A DNA stretch of 31,570 nt from Promethearchaeota archaeon (GCA_011364975.1 RDOE01000040.1:1-31570), one strand, 5' to 3'; shown: positions 1 to 8,500, counted from the first letter of the stretch. Numbers and translations are program-made. Notes: generated by a model from the sequence alone, not told the origin.

Positions 1-452
1 AGAAAAGGGACTTGCTTTATAGTAATAAAGGTATCCTTTATGCTTTTTTTATTGGAATTGTTATTTTAGTTTTTGGTTTAATATTTCAATTTCCAAGCTT
101 TTTATATTTTAATTCAATCTCCTCTATACTTTATTCTATAGGAATTATAGTTGTAGCGTTAGCAGTTCTCATCATAATAGAAATATTTGAATACTTCAAA
201 CCAAAAAAGAGTTATAAATATCTCTATTTTTATTCGTATTATTCATTTACCATTTTTTTGGGGCATAATCTATTACTTATGCTTTTTTTCCAACAATTAA
301 ATGCCTATCTTACTATTTGGATTGCGATAGTGGTAGGAAATGTTTTACTCGGATTATTATTCAGAACTATGTATAAAAAGATGGGCCCTAAACTTTCCTT
401 AAAAGCAATAATTAATATAGCAAGTTTCGAAATAGTTAGTGTCAAGATTTGA
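1..452 (+). CDS. C-terminal part of a polytopic membrane protein (possibly acyltransferase-3/DUF1624-like), 5' truncated by the window
   Basis: The frame is open from position 3, so the TTG at 12 is not necessarily the start. About 4 hydrophobic helices. YSFTIFLGH resembles the SYxIYLxH motif of membrane acyltransferases. Confidence 0.6.
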   Translation, partial: KRDLLYSNKGILYAFFIGIVILVFGLIFQFPSFLYFNSISSILYSIGIIVVALAVLIIIEIFEYFKPKKSYKYLYFYSYYSFTIFLGHNLLLMLFFQQLNAYLTIWIAIVVGNVLLGLLFRTMYKKMGPKLSLKAIINIASFEIVSVKI

Positions 453-549
453 AAAAAGAAAAGAAAAGCTAAGATCCTACTAACATAATCAATTCCAATT
501 TTTTAAACATTGCTTTTATTATAACAATGGTTTTCTTGTCAAAATACCC

Positions 550-632
550 AGTATCTAATATATTAGAGTAAAAAAGTTTATATACCTCGGAGAGCGTTGC
601 ATCAGTAACAATAGTATTAGAAATATCAGATT
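550..632 (+). promoter_or_regulatory. Archaeal promoter (BRE + TATA) of the padR-ABC operon, flanked by two related putative operator boxes
   Basis: AAAAAG (571-576) followed by TTTATATA (577-584). Perfect palindrome TCTAATATATTAGA at 554-567. The box at 613-632 matches 550-569 at 14/20 positions. Confidence 0.6.
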
Positions 633-678
633 TTTTAATCACGAAGTTATTATAAAATTTCTCTAAAAAGTGAAATTT

Positions 679-1305
679 ATGGTTGAAAATATAGCAGACA
701 AATTCGAAAAGACAATGAAAAAAGGATTCGTTAATGTTTTTGTACTTTTAGTTTTAAACAAGGAACCAACTCACGGGTATCAAATTAAAAAGTTGATAGA
801 GGAGCGCACATTTGGAGTTTGGAGCCCCACAGATTCAACTATGTACACGATTCTTAAAGATTTACGAGATAAAGAGTTGATAAGACAAAGAAATCCTCAG
901 GATCCTGATGAGTCAAAGAAAGTATATGAACTTACACAAAAAGGAAAAACAATGCTAGATTTAATGCTACAAAGAGAAAGAGAAATGCGAGAATCGTTGA
1001 GGGCAATAATTTTTTCTACAACTGATACCGATGATGCATTTATGGAAGAAGGGATTCAAAACTTTATTTTACGTGGACCTAAATTTCCAGGACCTCCGAT
1101 GCATGGTCCTCATATGAAAGGTCCATTTATGGGTCAATTTAAAGGGGATTTTATGGAGCGAATTAAAGATATGCCTAAAGATGAACAATTAAAAGTCATG
1201 AACTTTCAAAAGCAGTTTGTTAGTAAACAAATTATGCATTTAACTCAACGATTAGAAGATATTGACAAATTTATATCAAAACTAGAATCTGATATTACAA
1301 TCTAA
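679..1305 (+). CDS. PadR-family transcriptional regulator
   Basis: KGFVNVFVLLVL..PTHGYQI..WSPTDSTMYTILKDL..KKVYELTQKG winged helix, with a C-terminal coiled coil. ATG at 679 preferred over GTG at 670. Confidence 0.9.
   Translation: MVENIADKFEKTMKKGFVNVFVLLVLNKEPTHGYQIKKLIEERTFGVWSPTDSTMYTILKDLRDKELIRQRNPQDPDESKKVYELTQKGKTMLDLMLQREREMRESLRAIIFSTTDTDDAFMEEGIQNFILRGPKFPGPPMHGPHMKGPFMGQFKGDFMERIKDMPKDEQLKVMNFQKQFVSKQIMHLTQRLEDIDKFISKLESDITI
1075..1134 (+). repeat. 4 x 15-nt imperfect tandem repeat encoding GPxxx pentapeptides inside PadR
   Basis: ggacctaaatttcca / ggacctccgatgcat / ggtcctcatatgaaa / ggtccatttatgggt = GPKFP GPPMH GPHMK GPFMG. Confidence 0.7.
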
Positions 1306-1343
1306 ACTATATTTAAAAAAATCTAAAAAAAATTAAAAAAATC

Positions 1344-2405
1344 ATGTCAGAAATAGTAATAAAACTGGAGAATTTAACTAAAAAATTTGGTAACTTTACC
1401 GCTGTAAATAGTATCAATCTTGAAGTCTGTCGAGGCGAGACTATAGGACTCGTTGGTCCGAATGGTGCTGGAAAAACAACAACAATCAAGATGATTGCTA
1501 AAATTCTTAGACCAAATTCAGGAAGGATTTTAATCAGAACCAATCACAGTGAGTTAAGAAATTTAGAAGATGTATCTAGTACCATTAGTCAAATGGGATT
1601 TTTAATTGATATCCCAAACTTCTATAACATGACCGCTTATGAATTACTAAAATATTTTGCTAAGATTCAGAAATATCCAAAAGATAAGATTGATGATAGA
1701 ATTGATGAACTCTTGAACCTTTTTAAGCTTTCTGAATGGAAATATGAAAAGGTAAAAAATTTTTCAAAAGGAATGACTCAAAAACTAGGAGTTATACAAG
1801 CGATTATACACGATCCTGAAATCATTATTCTTGATGAGCCTCAAACGGGATTGGACCCTTTAGCACGTATCGAAATACGACGATATATACGAGAACTCCA
1901 ATCACAAGGAAAGACTATATTTGTTGCATCTCACATGCTTTATGAAATATCTGAAGTGTGTGATAAAATAGCTTTGATAAATTATGGACAAATAATAGGT
2001 TTTGATACTGTTGAGAACTTAGCACTTAAATTAAGAACAAGTATTTTAAATTGTATCCTACTTAAACCTTTATCAGCTGAGAACTTACAACCATTACTCA
2101 CACGAATGAGGGAAAAGTTATATCCTTACTTAGACCAAAATTTAGATCCTAAGGTATCTGCAATCCCAATACGATATAAACCTGAAAAGCAGGAGTTAAA
2201 AATCTATTATGATGGAAAAGCAGAATCTAGAGGTCAAATTCTTAAAATCCTAATTAAGGAATTTGAATCTGACTTTACGGTAACATCATTTACACAACCA
2301 AAAACTTCTCAATTAGAGATGGTATATTCAGAAATGGTGAAAAATAATGTACCAGAGGGGACTCAAAATATAAAAGGAGGAAGTTTACAAAATGAGAGAC
2401 AATAA
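1344..2405 (+). CDS. ABC-2 type exporter ATP-binding subunit
   Basis: Walker A GPNGAGKTT, signature FSKGM, Walker B IIILDE, H-loop ASH, and an extended C-terminal domain. Confidence 0.95.
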   Translation: MSEIVIKLENLTKKFGNFTAVNSINLEVCRGETIGLVGPNGAGKTTTIKMIAKILRPNSGRILIRTNHSELRNLEDVSSTISQMGFLIDIPNFYNMTAYELLKYFAKIQKYPKDKIDDRIDELLNLFKLSEWKYEKVKNFSKGMTQKLGVIQAIIHDPEIIILDEPQTGLDPLARIEIRRYIRELQSQGKTIFVASHMLYEISEVCDKIALINYGQIIGFDTVENLALKLRTSILNCILLKPLSAENLQPLLTRMREKLYPYLDQNLDPKVSAIPIRYKPEKQELKIYYDGKAESRGQILKILIKEFESDFTVTSFTQPKTSQLEMVYSEMVKNNVPEGTQNIKGGSLQNERQ

Positions 2406-3246
2406 TGAAAACGGTATCGGAATAAAACCAATTATCGATACGATGTTTTTCGAGATGAAAAAACAAAAAAAGAAGTTCTATTTCTTTTTTATTGTTGCAA
2501 TTTTGGTTGATTTGCTGGTTTGTTATTTACTGCAATTAATTCCGGGTAATGTTCTATCAGACACTCAAGCAGGGTTCTTTAGTACTGGATTAAATTTTAT
2601 TTCCTTTTTGACTTTATTCGCAGCGTGCTTATTTTTTTCGGGAATAATTTGTTCTGAATTTGATAAGAAGACAGGATTTATTCTATTTCCCAAAATTAAT
2701 AAGTACAAATTAATCCTCGGAAAATATCTTGGAAATTTAATACTAGTGGTTGCCATTGTTACAATATATTACTTTATACTCGGTTTATTTGGATTCTATT
2801 ATTATGGGGGTCCTATTAATGTCAGAATCTTTTATTCATATGGATTTGCAATTTTATATGTAATAGCATTAAGTAGTTTTGTCACACTCTTTAGCTCTTT
2901 TCTTAGAAGTGAGACAATAACTATTATCATTTCTTTAATTATACTTTTAATAGGACTTAATATTGCAGATCAGATAATTACATTAATATTTAAAGACGCG
3001 TTTGAACCATTATATTCCCTATCATATTTGAGCAACCTAATAACCTCAGTTTTGGAAAATCCTTTTCCTAACCCAAGATATGTTGAATTTTCATTTGGGG
3101 GAATGGGACCTGGAGGTTTTGGAGGAAATTTCACATTTGGTACTTGGATAACTCCTAGTATTGAAATGGGAACTACATTGTTAATAGTATACATTGTAGC
3201 ATTTTTTGCATTAGCAGCATTACTATTTAAAAGGAGGCAATTGTGA
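2392..3246 (+). CDS. ABC-2 type exporter permease
   Basis: About 6 TM helices and the EFDKKTG..P....LILGKY motif. Overlaps the ATPase stop (translational coupling). Confidence 0.9.
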   Translation: MRDNNENGIGIKPIIDTMFFEMKKQKKKFYFFFIVAILVDLLVCYLLQLIPGNVLSDTQAGFFSTGLNFISFLTLFAACLFFSGIICSEFDKKTGFILFPKINKYKLILGKYLGNLILVVAIVTIYYFILGLFGFYYYGGPINVRIFYSYGFAILYVIALSSFVTLFSSFLRSETITIIISLIILLIGLNIADQIITLIFKDAFEPLYSLSYLSNLITSVLENPFPNPRYVEFSFGGMGPGGFGGNFTFGTWITPSIEMGTTLLIVYIVAFFALAALLFKRRQL

Positions 3247-3248
3247 GT

Positions 3249-4220
3249 ATGAGAATCCATAAAAATAATATTAAAACGAAAGTTTTCAGCTTGCTTTTAC
3301 TGGGCGTAATTGTTTTGACAGTGTTTCCGTTTACAGTTATAGGCTCTACAACTTATCAAACAACTTTAACAAAAGGAACTGAAATTTATATTGTAGATCA
3401 CTATGATGAAGAGGCATGGAAATCTACAGTTAATTCAATTTCTACACCCAATGATTGGTTTAAGGGAAATGTTAGCTTAGTTGATGCTAAAAGTAAAATA
3501 ACTCTAAAGGGATATGTTTTTACTACATGGAATACTTATGATGTATTAACATCAATATTTATGCCCGAATATTTTACTACTCAAGAAATTTATACCCTTA
3601 TAGGAATAATGAATCTGCAAGGATACAATGAAACTACTATTAATTCAAACTATAATGAGAGCTTTAAATTATGGTATGGGATTAGATCGGTATGGAATTT
3701 TACAGACAGTGATTATGAAGAACTACCAAGCTATACGGACGGTGTAATTGTACTTCAGAATCCTTTAGATTATAAAAAAATGTTGGATGATTACACTAAT
3801 TTATCAGTAGAACTAAATGGAAATCCATTTATACAATTTTCAGGATATTCTTTTCCAAATATTACCCCAGATCAATTTCTCTGGCAATTAGCTTTAAATG
3901 GATTAGCAATTGCAGACCCTCAAGCAGAATATTTAACAGAATTAATCAATGAAATGGGACCTGAAAACGCATCTGCAACCGAAACAACACTAATTTTCGA
4001 GCGTTATGGAGTTACAGATTATAATGTCGAAATTGAATACGGACCTAAAGGAATGATGTCTAGTTTTTTAGTAAAAGATAGTGGTGATACAATAATATTC
4101 CGATTGATTAGTACTAATTCAGATTGGATATTTTTTACAGTCCTCATTATAGTTAGCGCGTCAGTGGGATTACTTATAGCCTTTATGATTGTCAGAAGTC
4201 GGAAGCTAAAAAGACGTTAA
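3249..4220 (+). CDS. Secreted, C-terminally membrane-anchored hypothetical glycoprotein
   Basis: N-terminal signal-like helix, 7 NxS/T sequons, C-terminal TM followed by RSRKLKRR. Start (GTG 3243 or ATG 3249) is coupled to the permease stop. Confidence 0.8.
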   Translation: MRIHKNNIKTKVFSLLLLGVIVLTVFPFTVIGSTTYQTTLTKGTEIYIVDHYDEEAWKSTVNSISTPNDWFKGNVSLVDAKSKITLKGYVFTTWNTYDVLTSIFMPEYFTTQEIYTLIGIMNLQGYNETTINSNYNESFKLWYGIRSVWNFTDSDYEELPSYTDGVIVLQNPLDYKKMLDDYTNLSVELNGNPFIQFSGYSFPNITPDQFLWQLALNGLAIADPQAEYLTELINEMGPENASATETTLIFERYGVTDYNVEIEYGPKGMMSSFLVKDSGDTIIFRLISTNSDWIFFTVLIIVSASVGLLIAFMIVRSRKLKRR

Positions 4221-4228
4221 ATTATAAA

Positions 4229-4283
4229 TTTTAATTTTTTTCTATATTTTTTTCAATAATTGAAAATTAATAAATAAAAAAAA
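4229..4283. terminator. Bidirectional oligo(T) terminator region between convergent genes
   Basis: T-tracts on + (4229-4253), A-tracts on + that are T-tracts on -, and a small inverted repeat TTTTCAA-taa-TTGAAAA at 4250-4266. Confidence 0.5.
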
Positions 4284-4295
4284 GTATAATATAGT

Positions 4296-6905
4296 TTATT
4301 TTACATCTTCTCCTGTATTATTAAGCTCTTCTTTATTAGGGAAAGAATATCCCGACGGATAAAGATTAGTAATCTTACGAGGAGTGGTATTATAATCATG
4401 TTTTTCCATTTTCTTATAAAGTTTGTTAATATTATAATCCATTGAAAATTCCATAATTTCTCCAGCTAAAAGAATGTATGAAAAAGCTGTTAAGAAAGGA
4501 ATTCCTGCAAAGAACACTATAATCATTAGCATACCAAAAATATAATTTAGGATTTCTTCACCACTAAAAAATCCTGAAAAGTCAACGGTAGCTAAGAAGC
4601 CGACTAATGTAATAATCGCAGAAAGTCCAGCAATTCCTTTTATTAAAGATTGTGCCCAAACACTGATAGGTTCTATATCTGCAGGTTGGCGATATTTCTT
4701 TGATTGCTTAAAGTAAACAACACCAGCATCATCGAGTAGGAAATTACCAGAAATAAAAAACGAAAACACAATAAATGCAAGAATCATAGGAAAGATACAG
4801 CAAAGCATATAACCGTTCATAAATTGAAAAAATTCAGTACTTCCGAAGACCTCAAAATCTTGTGGAAATCCTAAAATAGGTGTCAAAGCATTATATGCGT
4901 AAAACCCAGTTGCAATTGAAAGAAGTAATGGTAAAACGACTCGTTTAAGTTGAATTAAAGTGCCAATTTCTTTCCTTTCTTCCATGTCCAGTACAATTAT
5001 ATCAGTATTATAGTGTCTGGAAATTTTAAAGAATAAACGCCGGAGTTTAACAAATAAGAAGGCAAAACTAGGAGCAAAACGGTTATAAAGAGCAGCTGTT
5101 AGAGGCAACATTCCATACCACGCTATAGTAACTATTAAAAATACATTAGTAATCGTTGTCATATTATCACCACTTATTAAAGTTCGATTGAAAACGTTCA
5201 GTTGTAATAAAAATAGAGCAAACGCTACTGTCATCAGTCCTATTGTAATAGTATTCACAACTATCGTCAACTTATGTTCTTTAATTCCTTCTCTCTTATA
5301 ACTGACTTTCCTCCCCTTTATAGCAAATATTAATAAGCCGATTCCTAAAAATACTACTAATGTTATAAATACGGGAAATCCCCAAGAAAAGCTGGAAGAA
5401 AGCCATAAACCTAACGGTTTTGCTGAAGATAACGCTAATATCCTATCGTTGCTTGGAAACGAAAAATCCTTTTTTCCATCGCCATCCAAATCAGGAATGG
5501 TTAATATGTTATACCTTGCATCGTATTCTATATTTAGAATCGCTAGTTTTTGGTTCTCTGGAACGCTTGTAACTGTTATTCGACGCACCTCACTTGTTGA
5601 GAAAATAGGCGTAATCCTTTCAGTAACAATAAGTTCCTCAATTCGGTCTCCGTTTAAATCTTCGTGAATAACAAAAGCATTCTTAGTTTCATCTCTGGAT
5701 TCGTCTAAAAGCCTCCAAATTATTTCTTCAGAAGTTTCCGTAAGAGAATAAACAGCCAATTGAACCTCGCGTATTTCGGTACTTGGAGTATATTTATCAC
5801 TTTTTACCAAAATTAAGGCTTCTTTATCCAATGGATCTGTACCTATTACATCAATCCAATGATTTGAATAATTTCCCGCGATTTGAAAGTTTCTAATAAT
5901 GGTTCCGTCAATACCACTCAAAATTGAAATATTGCCTTCATAATTAACCGTGAGAATCTCTGAATATCCGTCATCGTTTAAATCCTCTATAACTTCATGG
6001 CCCCTTACGCCATTAATAACAGTATTATTATATATTTCTTCAAAGAAATTAGATTCTTCCATGTTATAAAGAAAGAGTGAGTTTTCGTCTACAAATAGAA
6101 GAGTTTCTTCGGTACCATAAGGAAATTTTGTTAGGACGGGTATTTCATTCTCTGTTCCTAGCCACCTTTGGGCAAAGTAAAACGAATCGTATTGGGTACC
6201 ATTTAGATAATAACTAGATATATTGCAATAGTATTCGTTCGTAGTATTCACTTTAAGTTCGCATTCAATAAAGACGAATTCAGGACGATAGTCTCCGAGA
6301 TCATCCAAAAAGACTATATCATGAACATAAAAATTGGAATAGTTGTGAATCTCGTCGGTTGCATTTAGAATAAATTCTCCATCAGAGCCATTAATAATGA
6401 CATTTCTGTAGTCATTAGGAAAGATTTCAGGGATTTGCTCACCAGGATTATAAGGATGATCTATCCAGTCCGGTCCAACTGTAGCAATATCTGCCATATA
6501 TTCACTAATACCATCTCCAGTTAAATCCATAATTTTAAACAATCTTTTAACGGGGTTATCAACAATTTGTTCCCATAACTTTACTCCAGTTAAACCATCT
6601 ATGGCATATATTCCTCCAAATTGGGGAATGTCGTTTAGTAATCCCTCTTCTCTGTGAGTATCACGCCTGTTAACATCAGTATACGAAATAATTTCGGGAA
6701 ATCCGTCCTCGTTAACATCATCACCTACTAAAGCGTACATATCCATAGAATTTACGCTATTTAACTCGCTCCATATCCATCCCGGTTGAAGTTCCATCTG
6801 AGTAACAAATATAATCCCAAGACTACCAAAAATGATAAATGAAACCGCAAGCAGCACATAATTAACAGGATGTGATTTTTCCTTTTTACGCTTTTGTCCA
6901 GTCAT
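4296..6905 (-). CDS. Membrane protein with FG-GAP/VCBS-like beta-propeller ectodomain and about 7 C-terminal TM helices
   Basis: N-terminal TM/signal anchor. Six DxxxDxxxE/D Ca-binding-type loops (DVNEDGFPE, DLTGDGISE, DLGDYRPE, DLNDDGYSE, DLNGDRIEE, DLDGDGKKD). PQQ-like AIDGLTGVKLW. Seven hydrophobic segments after about residue 505. Confidence 0.8.
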   Translation of the reverse strand: MTGQKRKKEKSHPVNYVLLAVSFIIFGSLGIIFVTQMELQPGWIWSELNSVNSMDMYALVGDDVNEDGFPEIISYTDVNRRDTHREEGLLNDIPQFGGIYAIDGLTGVKLWEQIVDNPVKRLFKIMDLTGDGISEYMADIATVGPDWIDHPYNPGEQIPEIFPNDYRNVIINGSDGEFILNATDEIHNYSNFYVHDIVFLDDLGDYRPEFVFIECELKVNTTNEYYCNISSYYLNGTQYDSFYFAQRWLGTENEIPVLTKFPYGTEETLLFVDENSLFLYNMEESNFFEEIYNNTVINGVRGHEVIEDLNDDGYSEILTVNYEGNISILSGIDGTIIRNFQIAGNYSNHWIDVIGTDPLDKEALILVKSDKYTPSTEIREVQLAVYSLTETSEEIIWRLLDESRDETKNAFVIHEDLNGDRIEELIVTERITPIFSTSEVRRITVTSVPENQKLAILNIEYDARYNILTIPDLDGDGKKDFSFPSNDRILALSSAKPLGLWLSSSFSWGFPVFITLVVFLGIGLLIFAIKGRKVSYKREGIKEHKLTIVVNTITIGLMTVAFALFLLQLNVFNRTLISGDNMTTITNVFLIVTIAWYGMLPLTAALYNRFAPSFAFLFVKLRRLFFKISRHYNTDIIVLDMEERKEIGTLIQLKRVVLPLLLSIATGFYAYNALTPILGFPQDFEVFGSTEFFQFMNGYMLCCIFPMILAFIVFSFFISGNFLLDDAGVVYFKQSKKYRQPADIEPISVWAQSLIKGIAGLSAIITLVGFLATVDFSGFFSGEEILNYIFGMLMIIVFFAGIPFLTAFSYILLAGEIMEFSMDYNINKLYKKMEKHDYNTTPRKITNLYPSGYSFPNKEELNNTGEDVK

Positions 6906-7030
6906 TACTATTTCGACTTTAAATTAATTTAATTACTAATATATACAATTGCAGAATTTTAAATCTTAACAAACTGTATAATTCTACTATAAAAAGCAGT
7001 TCTCAAAATAAACTTAAATTACTAAATATA

Positions 7031-7055
7031 AGAAAAAGTAAAAAATAAAAAAAAA
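7031..7055 (-). terminator. Oligo(T) terminator of the padR-hsp20 transcript
   Basis: Long A-tracts on + (T-tracts on -) about 105 nt downstream of the hsp20 stop. Confidence 0.5.
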
Positions 7056-7068
7056 TTACATGTTAATT

Positions 7069-7150
7069 GGGGTGCTTTAGATTTTAGTTTATCGATTGAC
7101 TACAGATGGTCGAACAAACATAATAATCTGAAGCGCTCCTCTTTTTGTTT
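7069..7150 (+). ncRNA. Candidate structured RNA (long G-U-rich hairpin followed by a U-tract)
   Basis: GGGGTGCTTTAGATT (7069-7083) pairs 15/15 with AATCTGAAGCGCTCC (7125-7139) using 3 G-U pairs. Inner stems GTTT/AAAC and TCGATTG/TGGTCGA. Followed by TCTTTTTGTTT. Confidence 0.35.
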
Positions 7151-7159
7151 CTAAAGCGT

Positions 7160-7642
7160 TTAATTGCTGCCTTCTTCGCCGATGTTAATATTTTTCGCTG
7201 GCTTTTTTCCCATTGAAATCCTTAACAGACCATTAGCCATTTTTGAAGTTATTGTGTTTTCATCCGCATCGGAGGGAAGTGGAATGTCCATGTTTACATC
7301 AATAAACGTGAACCCTTTCCATGGAGAACAACATTCTTGGCCCTCCTTTTTTGATTCCTTATTTTCAGATTCGGGGACTTTTGGTTTTTTAGCTGAAATA
7401 TTCAAGTTTTTATCAAGTAGTGAAACACTTACCTCTTCTTTTGTACGGCCTGGCAATGGGACTGTTATTAAATAGCTATCTCCTAAATCTTCGACATTAT
7501 GAGGAATATAACTTCCCATAAAGTTTCCCATAAAATGATGTGCCATCCGCCTCATTCGAGCAACATCTCTCGGCGTGAAAGAAAAGCAACCATACATACC
7601 TTTTGGCCCATGAACTGATCCATGATGTCTCTCATCACACAT
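7160..7642 (-). CDS. Hsp20/alpha-crystallin small heat-shock protein
   Basis: YLITVPLPGRTKEEVSVSL, LPSDADENTITSKMANGLLRI and a C-terminal IxI motif (INI). GAGG RBS upstream. Confidence 0.92.
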   Translation of the reverse strand: MCDERHHGSVHGPKGMYGCFSFTPRDVARMRRMAHHFMGNFMGSYIPHNVEDLGDSYLITVPLPGRTKEEVSVSLLDKNLNISAKKPKVPESENKESKKEGQECCSPWKGFTFIDVNMDIPLPSDADENTITSKMANGLLRISMGKKPAKNINIGEEGSN

Positions 7643-7706
7643 TTTTTTTTCCTCAATTTTGTTTTTTGTTTATTATGTTTAGATTATTAAGTGAAGTTAA
7701 ATATCT

Positions 7707-8393
7707 TTAATCTCCTTCGTTATCATTTTCTTTCCTATCTTCATCGAAATCCCGCAAAAATTCTTCATCATCGACAATATCTATAGTCTTCATTTTCTTC
7801 TCTCTTTCATTTTTGAGCTTTTCAAACAACTCTTGAAAATATGATAATCGCTTTTCGATTTCCTCTAATCGGTGAGATAATCTACCTTTTGAAAATGTTA
7901 GATCATGAATTATGCGTTTAATTTGCTCTATATTATTCAGAGAACAATCCTCTTCATCGATTTCTCTCATTTTAGGTCTACAATGGAAAGGAAAACATGA
8001 CATGGCTTCATTTATGCTTTCTTCGTTAGGAACCCAGGTTTGGATTATTGTGCTTATGTAATCTCCAAGAGTACCCATACTTGACGCTAAATTATCTTTC
8101 AAAACCTCATGTAATCTTTCTTTACCTTCCGTAGTAATTCTATAAATCTTCAGTTCTCGATTATTTTTTAGAATTTTTTCAATTGTAAGAAAATTTCTTT
8201 CTGTCAACTGATTCAATAAAGGATATATTGTACCCGGGGTAGCTCTCCATAATCTGCGAAATTTTGAATTAATTTCTTGTATGAGATCATAACCAGATAT
8301 TCCGTCAAAATTCTTTATGATAGAAAGGACAAGAATATCTAATCCGGATATTTGACCTGATTTATGCCCATAAAATCGCTTTCCAAAAAACAT
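7707..8393 (-). CDS. PadR-family transcriptional regulator
   Basis: ILVLSII..ISGYDLIQEI..WRATPGTIYPLLNQL..KIYRITTEG, with a C-terminal coiled coil and acidic tail. GGTGA RBS at 8408-8404. Confidence 0.92.
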   Translation of the reverse strand: MFFGKRFYGHKSGQISGLDILVLSIIKNFDGISGYDLIQEINSKFRRLWRATPGTIYPLLNQLTERNFLTIEKILKNNRELKIYRITTEGKERLHEVLKDNLASSMGTLGDYISTIIQTWVPNEESINEAMSCFPFHCRPKMREIDEEDCSLNNIEQIKRIIHDLTFSKGRLSHRLEEIEKRLSYFQELFEKLKNEREKKMKTIDIVDDEEFLRDFDEDRKENDNEGD

Positions 8394-8419
8394 AAACTTA
8401 ACTTCACCATATTTTTATG

Positions 8420-8500
8420 ATATATCTAGAGCGATATATTATGTAACCTAAGAAAACACAAGTATAAAAATGTATCGGCTGGGATATATGATAATATATC
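8420..8500 (-). promoter_or_regulatory. Promoter of padR-hsp20 with two ATATATC-N6-GATATAT operators
   Basis: ATATATC-TAGAGC-GATATAT (8420-8439), ATGTATC-GGCTGG-GATATAT (8470-8489), an extra half-site at 8494-8500, and minus-strand TATA TTTTTATA at 8470-8463. Confidence 0.75.

Noticed and set aside
1313-3260. Minus-strand ORFs 1313-1543, 2565-2756 and 2970-3260
   Set aside because: Antisense shadows of the ABC ATPase and permease. 1313-1543 is the typical antisense reading of a Walker A region.
7069-7139. Hairpin as a SECIS element, tRNA or H/ACA guide
   Set aside because: No in-frame TGA selenoprotein candidate nearby, no AUGA/GA core with a long upper stem, no cloverleaf, and no ACA box 3' of the basal stem.
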